This document shows, one piece after another, positions 38,089 through 48,500 of a stretch of DNA of 64,000 bases. Location of the stretch: the IMG/VR virus record IMGVR_UViG_3300046048_000257, positions 1 to 64,000 of that record. The stretch is one strand, 5' to 3'. The stretch comes from a virus. Numbering within the stretch: the first letter of the stretch is position 1; each line of letters starts with the position of its first letter. Made by a program: the position numbers and the translations under genes. The notes beneath the pieces are model-generated. The model made no database searches. It saw nothing but the letters and a program-made list of their open reading frames with translations, and had not been told where the DNA came from.

Positions 38089-39048
38089 ATGGCTAATACC
38101 AATGCAGCGGCAACCGTATGGAACTGCCCTAACTACACCGGGGAGCTGTACCTTATCGGTGCCAATCAGACCCCGTTTTTAAACATGATAGGCGGGCTGC
38201 AAGGTGGCAATATCCGCACCGTGAGTGACTTTCAGTATCCACTGGCACAACCGTGGGCGCTGGAGGCCGCCAGCCAGCCAGCCATTACGGAAACCGCCTC
38301 ACTAACGGCACCTAACCCGTGGACCTATGTGAGGAGCCAAGATGTTAACACCTGCCAGATATGGCAGCGGCAGGTATCCGTGAGCTATGCCAAGCAAAGT
38401 GTTACCGGCCAAGTAACCGCCGATGGCACCACCGGGCTGGTAATGCTGGACCAGCAGCCCGTGCAAAATGAGCTTGACTTTCAGATTACCGCCCATATGC
38501 GCCAGATAGCTCTGGATGTGGATTACACCTTTTTGAATGGCGCATATCAGCAGGCCACCAGTGCTGCTGTGGCGGCTAAAACCCGTGGTATCATTACCGG
38601 AGCCACGACCAATACCGTGGCCGCAGGCACAGCGGCGCTGGATAAGGCTTTGATAGACCAGCTGCTGCGCACCATGGCGGCTAACGGTGCAGAGTTTATT
38701 AACCCCGTTATTTTTGTTAACGCTTTCCAAAAACAGCAAATATCCAATATCTACGGTTATGCCCCTGAGGACCGTAACGTGGGTGGGTATAACATTAAGC
38801 AGATAGAAACGGATTTTGCGGTACTGGGTATTGTATGGGCGCCTAACGTGCCTGCGGCTACTTTACTGGTGGCTGACCTTGCATTTTGTGCCCCGGTTTT
38901 TCTGCCCGTGCCCAATAAGGGCGTGCTGTTTTATGAGGAGCTGAGCAAGACCGGCGCCAGCGAAAAAGGCCAGATTTATGGCCAGTTAGGGCTGGACTAT
39001 GGACCTGAGGAGTACCACGGGACCATTACCGGGCTGGCCACTTCTTAA
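38089..39048 (+). CDS. major capsid protein
   Basis: 319 aa after the scaffold; TPFL..IG, N..QI....VSVS, ETDF, ELSKTG...KGQIYG..GL.YGPE..HG.ITGL. Confidence 0.85.
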   Translation: MANTNAAATVWNCPNYTGELYLIGANQTPFLNMIGGLQGGNIRTVSDFQYPLAQPWALEAASQPAITETASLTAPNPWTYVRSQDVNTCQIWQRQVSVSYAKQSVTGQVTADGTTGLVMLDQQPVQNELDFQITAHMRQIALDVDYTFLNGAYQQATSAAVAAKTRGIITGATTNTVAAGTAALDKALIDQLLRTMAANGAEFINPVIFVNAFQKQQISNIYGYAPEDRNVGGYNIKQIETDFAVLGIVWAPNVPAATLLVADLAFCAPVFLPVPNKGVLFYEELSKTGASEKGQIYGQLGLDYGPEEYHGTITGLATS

Positions 39049-39158
39049 TCCGGGTGGGCGTTTTAAGGCTTAGCCTTAATGGACACGCATAACGGGTGTT
39101 TTGGGCCCAGTGCTCAATAGACACACCCCCATAATTTAACTAAGGAGGATTAAGGACC

Positions 39159-39341
39159 ATGACACAGCAAATTAAAAAGGATGCCATACGGCGCCGGAGG
39201 CTGATTAATAACCCAGCCATAAACCCGGAGCTGCGCTGGTATCTAAAACAGCTTAACAGTAAGCTGGGGCAGGATACGTTTGGCACCACCACTACCACTA
39301 CCAGCACTACCAGCACCACGACCAGTACCACCACCAGTTAA
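39159..39341 (+). CDS. 60-aa protein with an 18-residue Thr/Ser C-terminal tail
   Basis: AAGGAGG RBS; ends GTTTTTTSTTSTTTSTTTS. Confidence 0.65.
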   Translation: MTQQIKKDAIRRRRLINNPAINPELRWYLKQLNSKLGQDTFGTTTTTTSTTSTTTSTTTS

Positions 39342-39385
39342 TGGCGGTATGGTGGGTGGATGCTGTATGTTAGGAGGTATCCAAA

Positions 39386-39790
39386 ATGAGTGAGGTAACA
39401 TATTTTACACGGTTAAGGGGGCTGGCCACAGTAGTGTGGGACCCTGAAAAAAAACGCATGCTGGCTCATTTCAATAAGCAGGGCCTGCTGGCCACAGAGG
39501 ATAAAAGGGTGATAGAAACCCTTATGGCCATGGGGTACCGGCAGGTAACTGTGGATGAGCTGGCCAGAGCAGGGCTACCTGTGCCCTCTGTTAGTGATGT
39601 GCCAGACGCCATGCCCGCAGGAGTGCCCGGCAGGGGTTACACCCAGCCGGGTGAAAGCGGTGTGATGGATGGCGCAGCCATGAGGGATGGAGGTGGGCCC
39701 CGTTTAGGCGGTGATGCTAACCAGCTATTTGAGCCAGACCCCTCAGCGCCACCTCCGGGTGATGCTGGGCGCCGTAAGTTGATTAAGTAA
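39386..39790 (+). CDS. hypothetical head-region protein
   Basis: AGGAGGT RBS; position after the capsid gene. Confidence 0.55.
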   Translation: MSEVTYFTRLRGLATVVWDPEKKRMLAHFNKQGLLATEDKRVIETLMAMGYRQVTVDELARAGLPVPSVSDVPDAMPAGVPGRGYTQPGESGVMDGAAMRDGGGPRLGGDANQLFEPDPSAPPPGDAGRRKLIK

Positions 39791-39802
39791 GGAGGCCCCC
39801 TG

Positions 39803-40252
39803 ATGCCATACTGCACTGAGGATGACTTAGAGCAAGTGCGCCCTAATATCATGCAGCTGGGCGTGGATGGCTGGGATGACCAGCTGGCAGAGGCTGATGA
39901 CATTATTAACAGAGTGCTGGAGTCACGGTGGTACCGCACAGCTTGTAAGGAGTACGGGATAGACTACCGGGAAACACCTTTTGACCCCACGCTTATGCTT
40001 AACTCTGCCACGCAGTTAGCCCGGCTGGCCACTTACAAAACACTGGAGCTGGCCTATATGTATCTGCAAAAAGACAAAGCGGGCCCGGATGGTGACCCGT
40101 TTGAGAAACAGGCCGCTAATTTCCGTAAACTATACACCACGGAGCTGAGTGAGGTGCTGGCCTACGGTATAGACTATGACTGGGATGCCAGCGGTGATTT
40201 AGATTTTACGGAGCAAAAGATGCCTGTAACACGCAGGCTGGCCCGGTGTTAG
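39803..40252 (+). CDS. head-tail adaptor
   Basis: MPYCTEDDL N-terminus typical of adaptors; synteny. Confidence 0.65.
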   Translation: MPYCTEDDLEQVRPNIMQLGVDGWDDQLAEADDIINRVLESRWYRTACKEYGIDYRETPFDPTLMLNSATQLARLATYKTLELAYMYLQKDKAGPDGDPFEKQAANFRKLYTTELSEVLAYGIDYDWDASGDLDFTEQKMPVTRRLARC

Positions 40253-40255
40253 CTC

Positions 40256-40744
40256 ATGGCTGATAAGATAGTTGAAATAAAAGGGGCCATGGAGCTGGAG
40301 CTTAAGCTGGATGATGTGGCCATGGCCATAGTGCGTAACAGCGCACTTATGGGCAGGCTGGGTAACTTTATCAATACCAGCGTAAAAGCCCGGACCTCAG
40401 AGGGCATAAGTGCGGAGGGTACACCTTTTCAGCCGTACAGCCCACGGTACGCAGTATGGCGTAAAGAAGTTTTCGGGGCGCCTGTATCGCATGTGGACCT
40501 TACACTTACCGGGGGCATGTTTATAGCCCTAACATACACGGCGCAAAATGACCGTGTTACCTCCTTTTTTATGGATGTGCCTGATAAACGTAACCCAAAA
40601 GTGAGGGCACCAGCTAAGGCTTTTTATAACCAGCAGCTGCGTAATTTTTTTAGTATCAGCGCAGATGAGGTTAAAAAAGTAGAGAAAATGATTACCGATT
40701 ATGTTAACCAGCACCTAAGGAGTGACAAGCGTGGCACACAATAG
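40256..40744 (+). CDS. neck / virion morphogenesis protein
   Basis: G.PFQPYSP.Y...K...VDLTLTGGM...KAFYNQ..R.FF. Confidence 0.65.
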   Translation: MADKIVEIKGAMELELKLDDVAMAIVRNSALMGRLGNFINTSVKARTSEGISAEGTPFQPYSPRYAVWRKEVFGAPVSHVDLTLTGGMFIALTYTAQNDRVTSFFMDVPDKRNPKVRAPAKAFYNQQLRNFFSISADEVKKVEKMITDYVNQHLRSDKRGTQ

Positions 40745-41189
40745 CAGGCGGGAGCAGCTGCTTACCAAAATAGTGCGTGAGCTGGAGGAGCTGAACAGCA
40801 TTAAAACTGTGGACCGGGTGATGCCCGGTGGGCTCAGTGATTTAGAGCAGTATGCAGCCACTCAGCTACCACTGGCAGCCGTGGTGGGTAAGCTACCAGA
40901 CCCCACTTATAAGATGAGCGCCCGAAACGTGCACACCATAGATATGGTGACCAGTGTACTGGGTGTTAATCTATTTGTGTATGCTGAGGATAACGTGACC
41001 CCGGATACAACCGTGAGCACACTGGCTGATGATATATGGGCCAAGCTGCTGGCGGATGAAACCCATGGCTTTAAATGGGTACTGAGCACACTAATCCACC
41101 CGGATGTTAACGTGGCTGTGTGGGCTCCGTATTGCGCTTTTAACATGCTGGTAAACGTAACATACCTACATGATAAAGGAGGTATTTAA
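40722..41189 (+). CDS. tail terminator / completion protein
   Basis: Size and synteny directly before the tail tube gene. Confidence 0.55.
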   Translation: MTSVAHNSRREQLLTKIVRELEELNSIKTVDRVMPGGLSDLEQYAATQLPLAAVVGKLPDPTYKMSARNVHTIDMVTSVLGVNLFVYAEDNVTPDTTVSTLADDIWAKLLADETHGFKWVLSTLIHPDVNVAVWAPYCAFNMLVNVTYLHDKGGI

Positions 41190-41191
41190 AC

Positions 41192-41770
41192 ATGCCACAG
41201 CCGCATAGCACTCAAAATTATACGATACTTAAGGGCATATTTTATATAGCAGAGCACGATGCTGAGGGTGTGCCCGGTGCGTATTCTGATATGGGTAATG
41301 TGGTAACCGCTGAAATTGAGCCTCAGGTGGAGCGGCTGCCTCATTATTCTAACCGCAGTGGGTACCGGGTAAAGGATGCTAACCCGATTATATCCACTGA
41401 GTACATGCTGCGCATGACTTTGGATGAGCATGCAGCAGTTAACCTTAACCGCTATCTTATGGGCAGCCTTACGGGCGGCGGTGATACTATTAATGCTTTG
41501 ATGAGCATGGATAAAGAGTATGCCATACGCTTTGTGGAGGATAACCCCCGTGGGCCCAATAAGATATGGGACTTGTGGAAACTAACCCTCAGCCCTGCGG
41601 GACCGCTCCAGCTGGTAGGTGATGGCACAGAGTGGGCCGTTATGGAAATGCAAGGGGAGGGTTTAGCTGATACAAAAAACCACCCCACCAGTCCGTACAT
41701 TACCGTGGACTATAAGGGTGGTGAAACCACTACCACTACCAGTACCACCAGCACCACCACCAGCACCTAA
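41192..41770 (+). CDS. tail tube protein with C-terminal Thr/Ser tail
   Basis: DMGNV..EIEP.VERL.HYS.R.G.R.KD...TLDE beta-rich tube pattern; ends ETTTTTSTTSTTTST. Confidence 0.75.
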   Translation: MPQPHSTQNYTILKGIFYIAEHDAEGVPGAYSDMGNVVTAEIEPQVERLPHYSNRSGYRVKDANPIISTEYMLRMTLDEHAAVNLNRYLMGSLTGGGDTINALMSMDKEYAIRFVEDNPRGPNKIWDLWKLTLSPAGPLQLVGDGTEWAVMEMQGEGLADTKNHPTSPYITVDYKGGETTTTTSTTSTTTST

Positions 41771-41811
41771 TGGGCACAGTAGTGCTTATGCGGTAGGTGG
41801 CGGTATGATGT

Positions 41812-42288
41812 TTGGCGGTATGGCAGGTGGCGTATGAGCGGAGGTACACAGCTATGGCCAAGTCAAAAAGGCAGCTGGTGAGTGATGCGCCTAAAGAGGA
41901 GCAGCAAGCGCCAGCGCCTGCTATCCACAACACAGATACCGTGGAGATAGGCCCTAAAACCATTACGGTAAAGGAGCTATCTGTACGTGATATTATTAAT
42001 CTGGTAAACGATAAAAACCTGCTGGGCAGTGCCAGCTCAAAAGATGGTTTTGAGCTGGATGCCCTGCGGGAGGAGGCGGAAAAGTACCTGCCTAAATTTA
42101 TCAGCGGTGCTAACATGGATGACCTGCTGGATATGAAACCCAGCGAGCTGCGCCGGATTTATGATAAATTTATGGAGATAAATAAAACTTTTTTCGCCGT
42201 GGCCCGCACAGTGGGGCTGGACCAGATAGTGGCACAGCTGAAACTGGCACTGCAAAGGGACTTTTTGAGGCTGCTTGCAGACTTATAG
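41812..42288 (+). CDS. tail assembly chaperone (G-like; true start probably 41854)
   Basis: Between tail tube and tape measure genes; ITVKELSVRDI. Confidence 0.7.
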   Translation: MAVWQVAYERRYTAMAKSKRQLVSDAPKEEQQAPAPAIHNTDTVEIGPKTITVKELSVRDIINLVNDKNLLGSASSKDGFELDALREEAEKYLPKFISGANMDDLLDMKPSELRRIYDKFMEINKTFFAVARTVGLDQIVAQLKLALQRDFLRLLADL

Positions 42289-42455
42289 AGGCGGGCCATT
42301 TATACGTTTTAGACTATGGATATAGCTATTTTATCACTGCGCTTAACGTACACCTGAAAATCAGGCATGAGGCTCAGCGGGATAGGGCCGTGAGTTACAG
42401 AATGGCCCGGACCCTTAAAGGCCGTGACTGGCAGCGGTATTTACGTGGAGGGTGA
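42189..42455 (+). CDS. -1 frameshift extension of the tail chaperone (GT-like)
   Basis: T-TTT-TTC slippery heptamer at 42189-42195; -1 frame open from 42186 to TGA at 42453-42455 (...LIEAGH...RG*), ending 3 nt before the tape measure start. Confidence 0.75.
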   Translation, partial: FFRRGPHSGAGPDSGTAETGTAKGLFEAACRLIEAGHLYVLDYGYSYFITALNVHLKIRHEAQRDRAVSYRMARTLKGRDWQRYLRGG

Positions 42456-42458
42456 TAA

Positions 42459-45044
42459 ATGGCTATAACCAGCGATACCTTACAAATTGTAATAAAGCTG
42501 CGGGACCAAGCCACTAAAGGCCTGCGGGGTATAGGCACCACGCTGGGTAAAATGCGCAACAGCGTGAGCGGCCTGATACCTAAGTTTTCAGGCTTACAGG
42601 TGGCCATAGCCGGTGCTTTTGGTGCAATCAGCGCCGGACTCATAGCCCGCAGTTTCATACAGGCCGCAGACGCAGCAGAGGGCTACCGTGTGCGGCTTTC
42701 CGTTTTACTGGGCTCACAGCGTGAGGCCAATATGCTGTTTAAGGATATGGCTGATTTTGCTGGAAACGTGAGCTTTCAGTATGAGGAAATTATGGGCGCC
42801 GCTACCTCACTGGCCGGTGTAATGGAGGGGGGCCGTGAGGAGGTAAGTAAGTGGATGCCCGTACTGGCCGACCTATCCGCCGCCTCCGGGCTTACCATGG
42901 AGGAGGCCACTTCTAATTTTATCCGCATGTATAGCTCAGGAGCAGCAGCTGCTGATGCCTTTAGGGATAAAGGCATACTGGCCATGCTGGGCTTTAAAGC
43001 TAAAACCCAATATACCGCAGAGGAAACACGTAAGATACTTATGGAGGCGTGGGAGGCGCCCACCAGCAAGTTTAGGGATGCTGCCCTTAAACTGGCTAAC
43101 ACGTGGGGCGGCCTTATGAGCATGATGGCTGATAGGTGGTTTCAGTTACGTGTGTATATCATGGAGGAGGGCGGTGTACTGGATTACATGAAAGCGGCGG
43201 CTAAAACGCTGCTGGAGTTTATTGCTAACCTGAAAAAGGAGGGCAGGCTGGATGAGTGGGCCGCACAGATGGCCCAGCGGATACTTACCGTTTTTGAAAA
43301 GGTGGCCATAGGCGTGGGCTGGCTGGTGGATAGTTTCAGAGGCTGGAAAATGATACTGGAGGGGCTGGCTATGACTTGGAACGCCATAGGCATAGCCGGG
43401 CACTGGGTTTTTGAGCAGTTTAGAAAATTCGGGATATGGCTGGATGAGCTGTTTATCAAAATGATGAATATACGGCTTACAATACTGAAATTTTTTAGCA
43501 AGCTGGAGGAGGGGGTAAAGGATGAGATAGCCGCCACTAAGAAACTGATAGCTGAGCGTGAAAAAATGGTGGAGCAGAACAGGATAGGGCTTACACAGGA
43601 GGAGGCCCTGCGTAAAATCCATGAGGCCAGACTGGAGCAGGCACTGGCCCGCCTCCAGATTATAGCCGCTGAGGTGCCTTATAATGAAAAAATAAAACAG
43701 CAGCTGGAGGAAATAAAGAAACTGGCAGAGGAGTACCGTAAGGAGCGTGAGGGTGCAGGTGATACAGGTGTGCCCCGGCCTAAGCCCACACCTGATGTGG
43801 ATACCAAGCTGATAGAGGCCCGGCTTAATGCGGAGGCCAAGATAGCCCTTGAAAAAAATAAAACCATGATGGCGGCTATTGAGGGGCAGTGGAGTGAGCA
43901 CACCATAGCCATGAAAAAGTATTTTGAGGAGCGCCTTACGTTAATTAATGAGGCTCACGCCATACAGATTAAATTACTGGAGGAGGAGGCTGCACTTGAA
44001 AAGGACCCGGCCAAAAAGGAGGCCCTGCGGGCACAAAAGGCTGCGCTGGAGGAGGAGTACATGCGCACCATTATACAGCTCCAGCTTGACCTAAATGCTG
44101 CCACACGTGAGGAGGTGGATGCCCGTAAGGATGCTGCGGATGTAATTAGTGAGATAGACCGCAGGCTGGCGCAGAGCCGTGCCAGTGGTGGCGGACTGGC
44201 TGAGCAGTTTAGGATGGAGCAGGAGCAGCTGAGGCAGCAGCAGGAGGCCGATATACAGCGGCTGCTGGATATGAAAGCCAAGGGCTATGATATGGAGGCT
44301 GAGCTGCAAGAGGCTAAAAATAAGCACCTGCTGGAGCAGGAGCAGCTGGCTATGAACCAGCGTAAGCAGCTGTGGCAGACCTATGTGGATAGCATACAGA
44401 CCACGCTGGGCTCTATGACCTCCATGTTTAATGACTGGTACCAAGCGGCGGGCTCAAAGCATAAGGAACTGTTTAACCTCTATAAGGCGGCCAGCATAGC
44501 GGAAACGATTATAGCCACATACAGCGCCGCACAAAAGGCCTATGATGCCATGGCTAAGGTGCCCTATGTGGGCCCGGCGCTGGCGGCCTCTGCTGCGGCC
44601 ATAGCCGTGGCAGCCGGTCTGGCCCGTGTGCAGTTAATCCGCCAGCAACAGATGGCCAGCGGTGGACTGGTAGGCGGAGTGAGCCCCACCCCCACAGCAG
44701 ATAACATACCCATAAAAGCCACAGCCGGTGAGTTTATGCACCCGGTGAGCACAGTAAAATATTACGGTGTAAGGGCCATGGAGGCCATACGCAAAAGACT
44801 GGTGCCCCGTGAGCTGCTTTTACAGTTTGCAGCCAAAATACCTAACATTAAAATGAGGACCCTGCACCAGTTTGCCACAGGCGGGGCCATAACTGGTGCG
44901 GCGGCAGCCTCTGGAGGTGATACTAACCTGAGCATGCCTGTGAGTATCCGGCTGCCTGAGCAGCTTAGTTTTATAGGCCGCAGGCTGGAGGCTGAAATAG
45001 AGCCTGTGATACTGCGGGTATTACGGGAGGAGCTGAGGTATTGA
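42459..45044 (+). CDS. tape measure protein
   Basis: 861 aa helical protein; IKLRDQAT N-terminus; tape-measure domain; MASGGLV...DNIP...GEF. Confidence 0.9.
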   Translation: MAITSDTLQIVIKLRDQATKGLRGIGTTLGKMRNSVSGLIPKFSGLQVAIAGAFGAISAGLIARSFIQAADAAEGYRVRLSVLLGSQREANMLFKDMADFAGNVSFQYEEIMGAATSLAGVMEGGREEVSKWMPVLADLSAASGLTMEEATSNFIRMYSSGAAAADAFRDKGILAMLGFKAKTQYTAEETRKILMEAWEAPTSKFRDAALKLANTWGGLMSMMADRWFQLRVYIMEEGGVLDYMKAAAKTLLEFIANLKKEGRLDEWAAQMAQRILTVFEKVAIGVGWLVDSFRGWKMILEGLAMTWNAIGIAGHWVFEQFRKFGIWLDELFIKMMNIRLTILKFFSKLEEGVKDEIAATKKLIAEREKMVEQNRIGLTQEEALRKIHEARLEQALARLQIIAAEVPYNEKIKQQLEEIKKLAEEYRKEREGAGDTGVPRPKPTPDVDTKLIEARLNAEAKIALEKNKTMMAAIEGQWSEHTIAMKKYFEERLTLINEAHAIQIKLLEEEAALEKDPAKKEALRAQKAALEEEYMRTIIQLQLDLNAATREEVDARKDAADVISEIDRRLAQSRASGGGLAEQFRMEQEQLRQQQEADIQRLLDMKAKGYDMEAELQEAKNKHLLEQEQLAMNQRKQLWQTYVDSIQTTLGSMTSMFNDWYQAAGSKHKELFNLYKAASIAETIIATYSAAQKAYDAMAKVPYVGPALAASAAAIAVAAGLARVQLIRQQQMASGGLVGGVSPTPTADNIPIKATAGEFMHPVSTVKYYGVRAMEAIRKRLVPRELLLQFAAKIPNIKMRTLHQFATGGAITGAAAASGGDTNLSMPVSIRLPEQLSFIGRRLEAEIEPVILRVLREELRY

Positions 45045-45045
45045 T

Positions 45046-45462
45046 ATGATAGAAACCGGGCAGCAAAAGCTGGGTGGTTATACGTTTTACTGGGACCCGG
45101 ATAATATGACCATACCAGAAAAACAAAAGCAGGTAGCGGTGGCGGATACATATGGTGGCTCCGCCATTTTTGAATGGGCCGCCTTACTGGAGGGCACACA
45201 GGTGCAGCTGGAGTGGGATATGATGCCTAAGGGCATGTATAAGCAGCTGCGCACCATGTACCTCCAGACCGGGGTGACTTTTGTGTGGGACCCTAATACC
45301 GGGGGTAACACATACACGGTGGTGATAGAGAAACTGGAGGGCGCTTATATGGGTACTGTGCTGCATGAGGGGCAGTTTCGGCAAAATGTAAAGCTAACGC
45401 TTAATATCAGGAGTCTGGCTGCCATACTCCAGAGTACCACCAGCACCACCACTACTGAATAA
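45046..45462 (+). CDS. distal tail (Dit-like) protein with short Thr tail
   Basis: Directly after the tape measure gene; ends QSTTSTTTTE. Confidence 0.55.
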   Translation: MIETGQQKLGGYTFYWDPDNMTIPEKQKQVAVADTYGGSAIFEWAALLEGTQVQLEWDMMPKGMYKQLRTMYLQTGVTFVWDPNTGGNTYTVVIEKLEGAYMGTVLHEGQFRQNVKLTLNIRSLAAILQSTTSTTTTE

Positions 45463-45514
45463 AATAGGGCCTCAGGAGCCGCCAGAGGCTGTATATGAGG
45501 ACTTTAGGGTAGGG
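45461..45514 (+). repeat. dispersed intergenic element
   Basis: AAAATAGGGCCTCAGG...CAGAGG..GTATATGAGGACTTTAGGGTAGGG; 16-mer 45491-45506 is identical to 61390-61405. Confidence 0.55.
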
Positions 45515-45525
45515 GTAATACACTT

Positions 45526-48500
45526 ATGGCCTTAACACTGGATAGCGCTTTACAGAGCCGTTTAGATAGCATGCACCGGCAGCCTGCTATTGAGCTGCTT
45601 AGTAATGAGTTTTTAGCGAGTATCCCATTTCAGGGTAACAGCTTTGGGATAGCTCAGGGCGGTACTTTTAGGCCGCATTTAATACAGCACAGCAGCGGGC
45701 GGCTGGCTCAGGTGTACGTGGATGAGGATGGTGAGTTGCAGTGGATGTTTACGGATACCGCCCGTAACCAGTGGACCACGGTAAACCTATCCTCAATTAC
45801 CACAGGGGCCGTGGCTGCCTCCGCAGTGGAGCTGGCTAACGGTAACATAGGGCTGGTATATACCACCAGCTATTTGGGTAATGACAAGCTGATGCAGGCC
45901 ACTATCAGCGTGACCGGCGCCGTGGTGGCCAGCCAGAGCCAGATAGCGGACTTAACGGATGCTTACGCTTATAGCGCCCCATATGTTACCCGGCTGGGTA
46001 ATGGCACTTACTATCTGATATATGTGCAAAAGGATACCACCACGCCCTTATATACGATTTACGGGCAGACCTGCACCACATGGGGCTCATGGGGTGCAGC
46101 CTCCAATATAACCCCCTCAGGGCTCAATACAGCCGCTGAAATAGATAACCCCAGCCTATTTGAAACCACAGAGGGTGACCTTTTTCTGCTGGTGGACCAC
46201 GTGACCTCCACGCAGGATGATGTAACCATAAAAAATATATTTAGCTCCATAAGCACTAACAATGGCGCCAGCTTTGGGGCAGCCTCCGCCCGGACTAATT
46301 ACACAGCTTTTGGCAGCAACGGGCTGGACCCTATAATGATACAAAAGCAAAACGGGACCGTGTGGCTCATATTCTATGAGTCTATTAACGTGCTGCACAT
46401 GGATAGCTCCGCCACGGGCTTTTTACAGTGCAGGAGCTATGGCATGGGAGTTAAGGACCTGCACTGTGATTATGCTAACCGTAAAATACTGGTGGCCTAT
46501 GGTAACAGCCAAGGGGGTGTAAAGTATTTAACCGGTGTGGCCGTGGTGGATATGGCCACATGGAGTATTGATAAAATTTACTATAACAGCAGCACCCCGG
46601 CCATTAATCAAATATTTTGTGACCAGCACGTGTGGAATAATAGCCTTATACACGCTGATGGTAAGTACATGGCCATGGCCACGACTTATGGTACGGGCCA
46701 CATGGTGCTGTGTGTGATAGACCACACCACAGATAGCGTGACTCATTACGTGATAGATGATGTGGGGGTGGGTGGTATAAGTGATGGCGTACCGGCTTAC
46801 TATCTGGACCGTAATGTGGAGTATAACAGTAACCCTCCGTATGGCTTTTTAGGTATAGGGCCTGCCTGTATCAGAGTGGATGCCTCACGGGACCGGGTGT
46901 ATATTGGCTGGGATGGCGGCTATTACCGCCAGTATCACATTTTTAGCTACATAGACCTCACTGAGGCCCCGGATGGTGAGGGCATGTATAGTATAACGTG
47001 GGTAAATGGGCCCACCTCCGGCATAAGTGTGCCCGGACAAAATAGGGTATGGTATGAGTACGGCTGGCAGTTTGAGATAGATACGGAGCGCCAGTATCTG
47101 GTGGCCTACCACCCCGGAGGCGGCAGCGTGGGGGCTATTAACTGGAATGGGGGCTTATCAATACATGCCGAAAATGCCGGGGCTGCGATAGTTAAATATT
47201 ATACCCCGCAAAGTAATAACAGCATGTGCCTGTGGGGCCCCCGGCAGGCTGTTGTTTATAACGGGGCGGTGTATGGTGATTTTTATTACTCCGCTACTTT
47301 TCCGTACACAGACCAGCGTGGGCTCATTAAAATAGACTATTTGACTGATACAATAACCTATCACAGGCCCAGCTTTGTAACGGCTAACAGCCATACATTT
47401 TATGATTTTGCCATAGATGAGGAGGAGGAGTACCTATACATGGCGTGTGGGTGGGGTGTGGCTAAATTTAGTATGGCCAGTGGAGCATGGAGCATATTTA
47501 ATAGTGATACACTGCCCGGCTTTGTGCGCAGCGGTGAGGTGGATAGCATGGGCTTTGTGGCATGGGACCCCACAGACCGTAATGTGCTCATGGGTGCGTG
47601 GAATGATTACATAAGTAATTACCTCAGTGGTATAGGTATGTTTAGTGAAAATGGCGCTTATAATCAGCTCCAGTATATCACAGCTTATAAGGCTGCCAGC
47701 TGGGACTGGGATGCCCAGCAGGACCTGAGCTATTACACTAAGGAGGCAAAGCCCACAGCCGTGGTGGCTCTGGATGATGTGGCGTGGGTGGTGTGGAATC
47801 ACATAGACTGGGAGCAGGCGCAAAATGTGCTTTACTGGGATAATGATTTAGGTGAGATAGATATAACTGATGATATAACGGGCCCAGTTACTATTAAGTG
47901 GGAGCTTAAGCGTGAAAACAAGCTGGATTTTAAGCTGGCTAATGGATACCTGTATGACCCGCAGAACCTGCTGAGCACAAAAAACGTGGTGGGCCAAAAA
48001 GGCCGCAAGGTGGCGGTGCGTATAGGTGAGATTATAAGCGGGTATAACTACTGGGTAAACCAAGGCACATTTATAGTGGATACTGTGCAGCTGAGTTACA
48101 AACGGGGTGACCACCCTGTGCTCAGCCTGAGCTGTACGGGTAAAACTACTATATGGCGGTACCAGCAGGTAGCGGTGAGTGCACTTTACAGCGGGAGCAT
48201 GCCTGATGATGTTATTAGGGACCTGTTAGATGACCATACCACATGGCTAAATTCTGATTACAGCATACCGGTTTTTAGTGCTGAGCACAGCCTTTATTAC
48301 CAGTGGATAGATAAAACCCTGTGGGAAATAATTGAGGAAATATGTGACCACTTTTTTTATGCCATGTTTGAGGATGCAGATGGTGTATTTACATGCAGGC
48401 CCGTGAGCCTTACGCAGAGTGTGGACCATGAGTATGGTGATGATACCAAGCTGCAAAATTTTAGCCCGGATGATAATTATAGTGACTACACTAACCGGGT

